DNA of 64,000 nucleotides, taken from contig JAQOWU010000008.1 in the NCBI GenBank assembly GCA_030867685.1, positions 4,464,001 to 4,528,000 on the forward strand. The letters run 5' to 3'. Origin of the DNA: Wickerhamiella versatilis (Eukaryota). The notes under the pieces were generated by a model, which made no database searches, had not been told where the DNA came from, and worked only from the letters and a program-made list of their open reading frames with translations. The translations under genes and the position numbers were made by a program. Positions 54,590-64,000 of the stretch are shown here, one piece after another; position 1 is the stretch's first letter, and each line of letters opens with the position of its first letter.

Positions 54590-57500
54590 CTAACATCCAT
54601 CATAGTGGATGATTCCGAATTCAGCCACTGTTGCTGCACCGGCTGTCTCGTCCTTGCTGCCCGACACGACTAGAGTTGCGAACTTTGAAGACCACACGGG
54701 AGCCGTGAGAGTCACATTTGTTGTATTTCCGTAATAAGGTACTATTTCATCAGCGTCCATAGGATCGTATGGATCTGAAATGATAACATTAGCCTGGCTA
54801 GTGACATTGACAATCCCGTTCTCGTGCAGCTGATGAGAATTGAGGGGAAACGAACTGGAATCAGGGATGTAGCTATCGTTGTGGAATAGAACGCTAAAGC
54901 TTTGAGGGGGGTTCTGGGCCCAGTCAAAGCGGAACTCAGAAATCGGGACAAATGGCGGACCTGGCAGCTGCACCGTCATTAGGGCCGAATCCGATGCTGA
55001 GACATTTGGTTGCCATTTGGTCGAGATATCCCCGTCGACAGCAGCCAACGGAAACTGCCCTTTGATGAAGCTCTCAGGCGACTCAGCTTGATGACACTGA
55101 GCGATGTTATCAGTCCACGTCATCTGATCGCCGATCTGGCGGTTTGTGATTACCAGTGGCGTCGTGAAGGTCAGATTAAAGTGTCGCTTTGTACTACCAA
55201 TGGTCACTGGAATCGGATCTAAGGTATATGCTGGATTCGCGCCACTAACGGTACGGTTAACACGCTCTATGACAGTGTGGCTCTGATTCGAGTGTGCCTT
55301 AATGGCATGGCCCTGCCAGTAGATCGTCCGATAAGTGAGGTAAGGGATCTGAGGTGGAAGACTGGGATCAAGATTGAGGCTGTCTAGGTCGAGACGGAGA
55401 CCAAGATAGCCGTAGATGGCTACGCGATTGGCACCACCCATGCCAGTCAAGAACGGATATGCAGGATGGTACTCCCCATTGGCTTCGTAGTTGTCAATCT
55501 GCTGCTCCGAGTACTGGAACCAAGGGGCTCGAATATAAGGATCGCTTCCCATTAAGCCATATGTGTAGGATCCACAGCCAGACTGCGAAACCAGGTTAGA
55601 AATGATGCTGAGAACACTGTATGTCATTCCTGGACCAGTCTCTGACTGCTTCCCCGCATAGTAGTAGTAATCTGCGAGTGAGTATTTATTGAGAATGTCA
55701 AGAAAATCATGAATAAGGACAACATCGGCCTGCTTGACACTGATAGATCCGTTCATCGAGCTATATTCCATCACTATATCAGCATCTTCGGAAATGGGGA
55801 CACCAATCCTCTGAGCCTGCATTTCCCAATGGCTTTGATTCTGTGATTTGAACATCCGGGAGAAATCGCTGGCTCTTTCTAAGTGAGTTTTAATGAGGGC
55901 CATGGTGAAGCCTGGCTCATCGACGTGATTGGCATATTCATCAGGATCTGTCGCATTGGTCAGGAAACACTTACCAGCAGTGCCATTACAGGTGAGGGTT
56001 TGGGAATAGAACGAGGCAATGTCATAAAAGAGCGGGAATTTAGTCTTTTCGAAGTCCTCCCAGTTTCCAGTCACAGCAAGCTCATTGAAAAGGGTCAAGC
56101 CAATGTCGCCATTTAAGTGATACTCGTAATCAAAGCAAGGGCCCGTTCCGGTGCAGTTGCCGAACCGTCCCGAGGTCCACGGATATACTGCACCTCCACG
56201 AGAGTAGCGGTCGGTCTGGTTTTTGGACGAGCCAGCAGCGGACTGGAGATTAGCTTGCGCCTGCTTGTGCTTGGCAACGCGGTAGCTAGTAATTGCGGAA
56301 ATGTGTTCGGGATGAGATAAAACGAGGCCCGGATGCATCCAGAGATCCGCATCCCAGAATATCATACCGCCGTACGAATCCGAACCTAAGCCGCCCACCA
56401 TTATACTGTTGGCATTGAGATTGCTATTGCCTCCAGAGGCATTAATAGCATTTGGCCCGATTGTATTCTGCAATATGTAAAACGGATTGGTCACCGCCGT
56501 GATCTGAAGCTCAAGAATGTTTTTATCGGACAGATCGGTACCATCGGGGCCCGAGTAGTCGTCGACAGAATCTTTGGACAGAATCGTCGACCACTCGGCT
56601 ACATGCGTGCGTATTTCGTTCGCGAACCCGGATTGCGCTCCTTCTATGGAGGCAGCCCGTGCGATAGCTTGAGGATTATCGAATGCATCTGTGGACGCGC
56701 CGCCAACGTACTTGGTGATTACTGAGGTGCAACCCGCAGTCAGTTTTGCGGTGACGGATTGTGCGATAGAAGAGTCGTTCGCACCGAGGAGCGGATTGTT
56801 CATAGTCTGTTCAAGACTGGCCATATCCACCGAGGTATCACCTATCAGGGTGGAGTAAAGGTAAGCTGTCACGTAGGGAATCCAATGAGGCTGAACCGCA
56901 CTCCACATGATGGAGCCATTTGTGGAACCATTCGTTTCGAAGCCTTTCCCAGCAGAAGACGCACGGACCGCACAGTCTCCATCAAACACGTCCATTACTT
57001 TCACGTCCATATCACGCGAAGGCGTCATTTTGAGTTGCACCACAGCACGGTTGACATGAAGCTTGTGAACAAACATAGTGTACTCAACTGCCAGTGAATC
57101 CCCTTCATTCGGGGTCCAAGTATAATTCCAGGTCATTATGCCAGCGCCAACGTCAAGGGTCGAGCTGAAGCCTGAGATCTGGTCGGCAGGCACTGACGCA
57201 TTGAGTAAGTTGTTCCCACTCTTGATAAGGAGACCAGCCCAATGGGGCACACCGCTGATCACGCTCTCCCCACCGTACTGATCCATCCATGGGAAATTTG
57301 AGCCGTTGACATGGGCCTGAACATCCCAGAACCCACTGATGGTTGCAAAAGTCTGTCGACGCTGGAAGAGTGGCCATCCATTGATATTATCACCATCTAC
57401 AGGATCATCAGCCTCAAAAAAAGGCCCCACAGATGCCAAATTTATTCCAAGGTATCCGTTAGCCAGTGATGCCCGGGATTGATAGTGGCCCTGATCAAGC

Positions 57501-57703
57501 GTTGTCGTCGAGAGTTTCCAGTTGTCGTCATCCCAGGACACACCGTCGAACTGGGTGTCATATACTTTGTTGCAGATGACGCCTGTCATAAACGGGAAGA
57601 TGAGGGGAAGCCCACCCAGCACAGCTGAATGTAACGCCGCCACCCGTGCCGCAGTTAACACCAAATAACAACAAAAAGTATAAAAAAGGCAAGATCTTGA
57701 CAT
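54590..57703 (-). CDS. ATH1: Acid (extracellular/cell-wall) trehalase, GH65
   Basis: GGLGSDSYGG.IFWDAD.W, CFDYEYHLNGDI, TDPDEYAN, VKQADV, GPGMTY, HPAYPFLTG.GG, AVDGD.STKWQP; hydrophobic N-terminus. Confidence 0.93.
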   Translation of the reverse strand: MSRSCLFYTFCCYLVLTAARVAALHSAVLGGLPLIFPFMTGVICNKVYDTQFDGVSWDDDNWKLSTTTLDQGHYQSRASLANGYLGINLASVGPFFEADDPVDGDNINGWPLFQRRQTFATISGFWDVQAHVNGSNFPWMDQYGGESVISGVPHWAGLLIKSGNNLLNASVPADQISGFSSTLDVGAGIMTWNYTWTPNEGDSLAVEYTMFVHKLHVNRAVVQLKMTPSRDMDVKVMDVFDGDCAVRASSAGKGFETNGSTNGSIMWSAVQPHWIPYVTAYLYSTLIGDTSVDMASLEQTMNNPLLGANDSSIAQSVTAKLTAGCTSVITKYVGGASTDAFDNPQAIARAASIEGAQSGFANEIRTHVAEWSTILSKDSVDDYSGPDGTDLSDKNILELQITAVTNPFYILQNTIGPNAINASGGNSNLNANSIMVGGLGSDSYGGMIFWDADLWMHPGLVLSHPEHISAITSYRVAKHKQAQANLQSAAGSSKNQTDRYSRGGAVYPWTSGRFGNCTGTGPCFDYEYHLNGDIGLTLFNELAVTGNWEDFEKTKFPLFYDIASFYSQTLTCNGTAGKCFLTNATDPDEYANHVDEPGFTMALIKTHLERASDFSRMFKSQNQSHWEMQAQRIGVPISEDADIVMEYSSMNGSISVKQADVVLIHDFLDILNKYSLADYYYYAGKQSETGPGMTYSVLSIISNLVSQSGCGSYTYGLMGSDPYIRAPWFQYSEQQIDNYEANGEYHPAYPFLTGMGGANRVAIYGYLGLRLDLDSLNLDPSLPPQIPYLTYRTIYWQGHAIKAHSNQSHTVIERVNRTVSGANPAYTLDPIPVTIGSTKRHFNLTFTTPLVITNRQIGDQMTWTDNIAQCHQAESPESFIKGQFPLAAVDGDISTKWQPNVSASDSALMTVQLPGPPFVPISEFRFDWAQNPPQSFSVLFHNDSYIPDSSSFPLNSHQLHENGIVNVTSQANVIISDPYDPMDADEIVPYYGNTTNVTLTAPVWSSKFATLVVSGSKDETAGAATVAEFGIIHYDGC

Positions 57704-57812
57704 ACCTCTCGGTTTGTCATCCTTCTCTTTGTTTCATTATGGACTTTCTGTACAGCTCGTATTATGTCATATATTAGTAACATTCTTGCTCCCCACATTC
57801 TTGACAAAGCAT

Positions 57813-57842
57813 CTGATATGGTTGAACAATGCAAGACGGCCC
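57813..57842 (+). repeat. Dispersed repeat copy
   Basis: CTGATATGGTTGAACAATGCAAGACGGCCC. Confidence 0.65.
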
Positions 57843-58393
57843 GCGTATACCCACTCAATATCAGCCAATGCTAAGCATTTGATATGTACACAGTGTGATT
57901 TCGACATTGAAGAAGATATTTCCGGTCGCAACGTATCATTTTCGTATATACAATGCAAGTAGGGTCGGCTCGGCTCGGCTCCAATAAGTAACAGGCATTA
58001 TACTTTTACACTATGATTTATGTTAGTAAAGAGTCATGGAATGTGCTCAGTTTCAAATTGGGTTGCTTTTCATAGCGCACGCATGATGATGCTTAGACTC
58101 CTGCTGATCGGTAGGTCGGCCTACCTTATATAGTAATACCTCGAATGTCCGAGACATTACTAACCTCGGCATACGAGGCCTGAGGAGAACTTTCGAAAGG
58201 TGACAGAAGCCGGTTGCTAGCTATGTATTATTAGAGGGTTTAGTGGTGAAAGTGAAAGGAGAACCTGCAGATTCGTCGAACGATACCTCTAGGATTAGAT
58301 GAAATCATATAGTACCGTCGGCATGATATACCCTAGCCCATTATGTCAAGGAACAACACATTATTAGTCAGGTGATACCGGCTTCATAGTGAC

Positions 58394-60067
58394 ATGAGCT
58401 CTTTCCGAAGCCGTGGTCAAGATAGCAGTTCCGACAACGGAGAAGCAGAAGAGACTAAGCCCCTCAATGAGTATGTAGTCGTTCCTGGAGAGCCATTTCC
58501 ACCAACTCCAGGCCCCCAGGATAAGTACCTTGTAACTTTCGCGGAGGATGATCCCGAAAGGCCTATGAATTGGCCGATGTGGCAACGAGTGATGTACAAG
58601 GCAATAGCTACTATGAATATTACGGTGGTAACTTGGGGCTCATCAGCGATATCCCCCGGCATCTCAGAGATATGTGAAGAGTTTCATGTTGGACAGGTAA
58701 CAGGCGCACTAACAGTATCTCTTTACGTTGCAGGTTTTGCCACTGGTCCTATTTTCTGGGGCCCGTCGTCAGAGATGTTAGGAAGACATGTCCCGCTAGT
58801 AATTGGAGTTTTTGGATTTTGTTGCTTTGGGTTTGCTTGTGCTACCTGTAAGGACTTTCAGACTCTTATGCTTGGCCGATTCTTTATGGGAACTTTTGGT
58901 GTAAGCACAATATCTGTTGGTCCCGCTATTAGTGCGGATGTATTCACGACTTCTCAGCGAGGAAAGGCTATTTCATATGTAATTCTCGCTATCATATGCG
59001 GTCCAGTTATAGCTCCGGTGGTTAGCGGTTACATTGCAAACTCGTATCTTCGTTGGAGGTGGACTATGTATATCACAAGTATCATGGGCTGTTTGGCTCT
59101 TGTGATTCAACTCTTATTTTTCAAAGAAACATACCCCCAGACGTGTCTCCGTAATCGTGCGGTCAAAATTAGGGCAGCTACGGGAAATTGGGCCGTTAGT
59201 GCACCTATAGAGACAATGGAACTTGACACTAAAAATATTTTGCATCGTACTGTTTTAAAGCCTTTCCGAATGCTTCTTGTTGAGCCTATATTATTGCTGA
59301 TGAGTTTGTACCATGGATTCATATATGGAATTTTATATTTATGCCTGACGGCGGTTCCAATTGTTTTTCAAGAACAGTATGGATGGAAGGGTGGTAATGT
59401 GTACCTACCGTACCTCGGAATGTTCATTGGATGCGTCATATTGGTAGTGGTTAACCTTCTTGTATTCGACAAGATGACTGAAAGAGAGCTGAAAAGAAAT
59501 CATGGTGATGTCGCCCCTGAAACGCGTTTACCCCTTATGATGATGAGCGGGGTAGCTTTTGCAATGGGAATATTCCTCACTTTTTGGTCAGGGGCTTACC
59601 CGCAGCTTCCCGGCAAATCGGGCGGAGCACACTGGATTGCACCCACGATAGGGCTTGCACTCATTGGCTTTGGACTTATTGGCATATTCCAGGCAATATT
59701 GATCTATATCATTGATACCTATCTTTTGGTAGCTGCATCTGCTATAGCTGCAAATACTTTTGTACGTTCAGGAATGGCTGCCGCGTTCCCTCTCTTTGCT
59801 GCCGCCATGTTCCATAATCTGGGGGTTCAGTGGGCTGGTACCCTTCTTGGCTGTCTAGCTGCTGTGTTGGCTCCGGTACCGTTCTTCTTCTACTTTTATG
59901 GTAAAAAGATTCGAGCGAAATCTATGTACGCTGTTGGTGATGATAACCTGGACCTTGAGGACCTAGAGTTAGAGATTCGTGCTGACCCTGCTACTAGGAA
60001 TTCTCACGCAGGTAGCTCTATAAACGATATTTCTAGGGTCGACTCGCGTACAGCTGGTGCCTTATAG
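58394..60067 (+). CDS. MFS drug:H+ antiporter, DHA1 family (Tpo1/Flr1-like)
   Basis: DDPERPMNW, GP.FWGP.SE.LGR, WRW, ETY, EPIL, PETRL, YIIDTY...AASAIAANTFVRS. Confidence 0.93.
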   Translation: MSSFRSRGQDSSSDNGEAEETKPLNEYVVVPGEPFPPTPGPQDKYLVTFAEDDPERPMNWPMWQRVMYKAIATMNITVVTWGSSAISPGISEICEEFHVGQVTGALTVSLYVAGFATGPIFWGPSSEMLGRHVPLVIGVFGFCCFGFACATCKDFQTLMLGRFFMGTFGVSTISVGPAISADVFTTSQRGKAISYVILAIICGPVIAPVVSGYIANSYLRWRWTMYITSIMGCLALVIQLLFFKETYPQTCLRNRAVKIRAATGNWAVSAPIETMELDTKNILHRTVLKPFRMLLVEPILLLMSLYHGFIYGILYLCLTAVPIVFQEQYGWKGGNVYLPYLGMFIGCVILVVVNLLVFDKMTERELKRNHGDVAPETRLPLMMMSGVAFAMGIFLTFWSGAYPQLPGKSGGAHWIAPTIGLALIGFGLIGIFQAILIYIIDTYLLVAASAIAANTFVRSGMAAAFPLFAAAMFHNLGVQWAGTLLGCLAAVLAPVPFFFYFYGKKIRAKSMYAVGDDNLDLEDLELEIRADPATRNSHAGSSINDISRVDSRTAGAL

Positions 60068-60493
60068 AATTTTCAGCTGATGAATTCGGTCGGGATGTGT
60101 ATTTCGTTGCTCATTACTGCTAGCTGAGACTTAACGGAGCCAATACGAGGTAGCTCACCTCACCACCTGAGATTTTATGCGTCGCATCGGTCTCCTTAAG
60201 TCTACGAAATGACCTGTGGTGGCTATCAACTCGCACAATTATAATCCACTTTTTTTTTACTAATTAATTGGGTGAACTTTGATTTTAGGAGGGTGCTCTA
60301 ATTAGTGTATCGGTGATTCATAAGAAGGCGATTAAGCCTTGGTTATATCGATTTATGCATTTAGTATAGAACGTTTCTTACGCATATCATTCTTGTACAA
60401 GGATTAGTTACACCACAAGAATCCTATTTCGGCTGGCTAAAAAGCAGGTCTTCTTCTGCTAAACCTACACCATTCTATTGGTAGTTCTAGTTA

Positions 60494-62932
60494 TCATATG
60501 GTGAGGGTCTTGTTCAACCTCAAATCGCGCGAGTGGGTAGCTGCGGAGATAATATAGGTTCCATGGGGTATTAGCCAGCTCTGAGAAGCAACATCCCAAA
60601 TTGAGAAGCTCTTGTAAGAAAGGGAAATCTCTGCAGTCTTTGTTTGTCCAGGCTCGATGTCAACGACTTTTTCAAATCCACGAAGCACCACAGGGGGCTC
60701 ACCAGCAGAGTCAGGGTATTGCAAGTACAGCTGAACAATCTCACTGCCAGTTACATTTCCGCTATTCTTGACCGATATTTTGGCAGTGGCAGCAGTATCA
60801 TAGAGACTCGAAGCAGCAGTGGAATTTTTCCTACTCAGAGTGGCATTAGGGCTTGTGAGATTGGAATGTAAGCTGAAATTTGTGTAATCGAATGTAGTAT
60901 AACTCAAACCGAATCCGAATGGAAACTGAGGCTCAATGCCCTCCTCATCAAAGCGGCGGTAGTCTAGAAGAAGTTCGTCATCGAAAACAACTTTAGGGTC
61001 AATATCTACCTCGCTCATGGGTTTAATATAATCAGACTGGTTTTTTGCAATAGTGTAAGGCAGCTTTCCCGATGGTGATACGTCGCCAAACAAAATTGGC
61101 ACCAGAGACTTACCACTCTGATCACCTGGAACGTGGGCATGCAGGACACCAGTCACATTGGGGTGGTCTATCCACTCCGCGACAATTGGCGGATTCGTCG
61201 AATGAATGACAACGATGGTGTTGTTGCACCGCGAGGCAACTTGCTTCACGAGCTCGTCACCGTTGTTAATCACGTGAAGACTATTCAGATCCTGACCCTC
61301 AGTCGACTGGATGGATACGAACACAATTGCGATATCGGAAGTGGCTAGTGTCCAGTTGTAAACACTTGTTGAACCAGTCATCTCAAGTGGCTTATCAAGG
61401 TAGCCGTCATCCCTGAGATCGTATACGACAGAGCCACCATGGGACAGGACACGACTATTGATTGCCTCAAGAGGAGTCACCACACCGGAGGATGTAGAGC
61501 TGCCTGAACCACCTCCACTCCACATGGTACCATTATTGTTTGAGTCCAGTGGGCACACATTAAAAGTGCTCGCGCAGTTCGGGCCATAAGGTGAAGGGCC
61601 GGCATCAGAGCCGAACAGCCCCAAGAATGATTCATTCTTTAAGGGAAGACTTCCAGAATTTTTGAGTAGAGTGACAGCAGCTGTGCCTACTTCACGAATG
61701 ATCTCACTGTGGTTGCCAGTCACATCTAATATTGGGTTCACCTCTGCCCCATTATAGTACCTCTCGACCGTGGTACTATTATACTTTGATTGTGGGTCCC
61801 AAGTGTCTTGTCCAAGTGAATAGTATGGTGTATAAATACGGAGTATGGCATCGTCGAGTCTGCTTTCAGGTACTGTGCCGTTCTTAACCATCGCCAAGAG
61901 GGTAGGGCCCCACAATTCACCATTTATAGCGCTTATCTCTCCTCCTGGCATGTCCAGGTCACATCCAGCTAGAAAAGCATCTTTAGTGGACTGAATTGCA
62001 CCCCAATCAGAGAAGACATATCCCTGGAAGTCGAGTTCGGTCTTGAGGACGTGAGATAATGTGTAAGAATTCTCACAGCCCTGGCTCCCATTCACACGGT
62101 TATAGGGACACATGATTGATGCGGTGCCCGCCCTCACTGCGTCAGCAAATGCCCAGGTGTATACTTCATGCAATGCACGATCTCCTACGATAGAATCTAT
62201 CTGATACTGCTTTCCCTGGGGAAATGGGGTATACTCCCAGGTAAATGATACACGAGCTGGACCAAAAGCCTCAGGTAGCCGAAATGTTTCTTGCTCATAC
62301 GCAACGAAATGTTTAGCATTTGCCTGAACACCTTGTGACTGAATACCCTTGATCGCCACAAAGCTCAACTCCCCAGTGAGTACAGGGTCACTACCAAAGT
62401 TCTCAAATAGACGACCATTAAATGCTGAACGGCCCTGGGGCCCGCCTGTTACCGGACCCAGCATCACATGTATACCTTTGTCGCGGTTTTCAGCGGCCAT
62501 CGCTTCGGAGTGCCGACGGATTAAATCGCGGTCCCAAGTAGCACCAAGCGTAAGTTCGGGTACAAAGCCACTTGTTCCAGCCACCCCCCGCGGGCCTGCA
62601 GGGCCATCTTGAAACCTAATAGTGCTTAGGTTGAGTCTCTCCAGGGGCGACGTATTACCTGAAGCACCAAGATACGGTGCACCTGTCACGAGACTAACTT
62701 TCTCTTCCGTCGTGAGCTCCTTGAGTAGTGAGACAGCTTTAGGATGTGGAATTCTGATTCCAGGTGCAGAGTACGTCCTTGGATCGTATGGCACATTATT
62801 CACGCTCAATCCAAGATATCGTAGATCATGCAGGTAGTCTCGCTCGGCATTAATATTGTTACTCTCGTCTTTCCAGGTCACATTCGACAGCTGTGCTGCC
62901 GAAGCTAATGTTAGGCACAAGAAAAATAGCAT
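60494..62932 (-). CDS. Secreted GH3 beta-glucosidase, paralog of 48339..50747
   Basis: Same motifs (QDGPAGPR, AKHFVAYEQE, VFSDW, PSGKLPYT); long identical peptide stretches shared with the first copy. Confidence 0.95.
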   Translation of the reverse strand: MLFFLCLTLASAAQLSNVTWKDESNNINAERDYLHDLRYLGLSVNNVPYDPRTYSAPGIRIPHPKAVSLLKELTTEEKVSLVTGAPYLGASGNTSPLERLNLSTIRFQDGPAGPRGVAGTSGFVPELTLGATWDRDLIRRHSEAMAAENRDKGIHVMLGPVTGGPQGRSAFNGRLFENFGSDPVLTGELSFVAIKGIQSQGVQANAKHFVAYEQETFRLPEAFGPARVSFTWEYTPFPQGKQYQIDSIVGDRALHEVYTWAFADAVRAGTASIMCPYNRVNGSQGCENSYTLSHVLKTELDFQGYVFSDWGAIQSTKDAFLAGCDLDMPGGEISAINGELWGPTLLAMVKNGTVPESRLDDAILRIYTPYYSLGQDTWDPQSKYNSTTVERYYNGAEVNPILDVTGNHSEIIREVGTAAVTLLKNSGSLPLKNESFLGLFGSDAGPSPYGPNCASTFNVCPLDSNNNGTMWSGGGSGSSTSSGVVTPLEAINSRVLSHGGSVVYDLRDDGYLDKPLEMTGSTSVYNWTLATSDIAIVFVSIQSTEGQDLNSLHVINNGDELVKQVASRCNNTIVVIHSTNPPIVAEWIDHPNVTGVLHAHVPGDQSGKSLVPILFGDVSPSGKLPYTIAKNQSDYIKPMSEVDIDPKVVFDDELLLDYRRFDEEGIEPQFPFGFGLSYTTFDYTNFSLHSNLTSPNATLSRKNSTAASSLYDTAATAKISVKNSGNVTGSEIVQLYLQYPDSAGEPPVVLRGFEKVVDIEPGQTKTAEISLSYKSFSIWDVASQSWLIPHGTYIISAATHSRDLRLNKTLTI

Positions 62933-63083
62933 CGCTCTTTTTTACGATATCAGATCAAAGTAAGAATACCTTACAGACATTTGTAATATTCCTGATTAGC
63001 CTAATGCGGCAATACTTGCCGTGGAGATAAGGAATAGTGGAACAGAGTATTAAAATTTTTTTGAGATCCTTAGAAAATACTAT

Positions 63084-63107
63084 CTGAGACTGGTAAGACA
63101 ATGCAAG
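63084..63107 (+). repeat. Dispersed repeat copy
   Basis: CTGAGACTGGTAAGACAATGCAAG. Confidence 0.72.
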
Positions 63108-63844
63108 GTCGCTTTCTTAGTCGATTTCAACCATGGCGCATGAGGCGAAGCAGTGCTATACAGCAAGCTGCGTAGTGTGGCTTGCTATCGCCAGATATGA
63201 TTGGCCCTATATGCTTTCTTTATTGGGGTTGGTTTTGCAGTCGCTGGATTCCTGTAAAAATACTGGTGTTGATTGAGGAAGAGGATTGCCCATTTGCGGA
63301 ACAGATAAGTGAATTCAAAGAGTCCGAGCATCAGCCACTATAAAAATCAATCTTAACTTTATTTCTTTGCTTAGGCCCAAATACATGGATCTAGATGAAT
63401 TTGCATCTCTTTACTCGTCATCAACGTATAGAAGTTTTTAGATCGAGAAACATTAACCTATCTGGGCAGTTTCCCATATGCAAGATGTACTGTTATCAAT
63501 CACGGAGAATCTGGTAAAACGCTACGGGCAGCAATCCATATGTATTAAGGGCACAACAATTCTCAGTAAATTATAAATCAATAGGCAAAAAGGCTTGCTG
63601 GGACTTGCTCATCTACCCTCTGCAGACCACAAGGGCTACAAGTTTGTCGAACAAGTTTAGGCGCAGGGCTAGTCGAGCGCAAACTTTGCAATGATATTCC
63701 CGAATAAACCCTAGCGTGGTCACTCGCTATGCTAAAAATATGAGGCAGCAGTGTGTGTATTGCTGATGGCAGCTCAGACGTCACACGAAATTCATGTCGG
63801 ATGCAGCTGAGATACCGTACTTTAAGTGTATAAAATATATGAGT

Positions 63845-64000
63845 TTAACAACCCTTACCTACAATGGCACCAACCTCGAGATTCGGATCCTTTTCGTCCA
63901 AAATGATTAGGAGATCATTGTTCTCTTTGAGAGCTTGATCAAAAGCTCTAAATTCAACTGGAGCTCGTCTACCCGCTTCAGTACGTTTTGGCATGATATT
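63845..64000 (-). CDS. Probable 3' end of a gene entering from the right edge (unidentified)
   Basis: Open frame NIMPKRTEAGRRAPVEFRAFDQALKENNDLLIILDEKDPNLEVGAIVGKGC* followed by AT-rich sequence; protein-like composition is the only support. Confidence 0.4.
   Translation of the reverse strand, partial: NIMPKRTEAGRRAPVEFRAFDQALKENNDLLIILDEKDPNLEVGAIVGKGC

Noticed and set aside
6113-63107. Dispersed 33-bp repeat as a CRISPR array or true integron attC
   Set aside because: Copies are kilobases apart, degenerate, in both orientations and non-palindromic; there is no cas or integrase gene; the context is eukaryotic.

Overview
Eukaryotic, intron-poor budding-yeast DNA (Saccharomycotina). The mix of yeast-type genes, bacterial-type genes and filamentous-fungus-type genes suggests a Wickerhamiella/Starmerella-like lineage; this is inference only. 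The window reads like an accessory, possibly subtelomeric, secretion and nutrient-scavenging region of about 30 genes. Left part: two tandem Ppr1-like Zn2Cys6 regulators; six consecutive secreted proteins (a BNR/GH93-like hydrolase, four paralogous Cys-patterned helical proteins, a bacterial-type lipase); a bacterial DIP1984-family gene; a Pga30/Rhd3-like wall protein; a GRDP/DUF1399 protein; an M61-like peptidase; an IPNS-like dioxygenase. Middle: a PhyB-like acid phosphatase with Pho4-type sites, ketopantoate reductase, an MFS transporter, ZRT1 with duplicated ZREs, and a 1572-aa GPI adhesin with four 173-aa six-Cys domains. Right part: a YbjQ-like protein, an arrestin-VASt fusion, three orphan membrane proteins, two GH3 beta-glucosidases, a C-factor-like SDR, an RTA1-family protein, a GH65 acid trehalase and a DHA1 MFS transporter. 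Best candidate for an undescribed system: the DIP1984 gene is followed 17 nt after its stop by a GC-rich ~180-nt element closed by a 19-bp long-range stem, with internal hairpins and periodic GCA repeats. This suggests a bacterial protein plus structured-RNA module retained intact in a yeast. Other highlights are a ~33-bp dispersed intergenic repeat (10 or more copies or half-copies, three abutting stop codons), the four-member secreted helical family, and the arrestin-VASt-TM architecture. All family calls come from motif recognition by eye; no searches were run.
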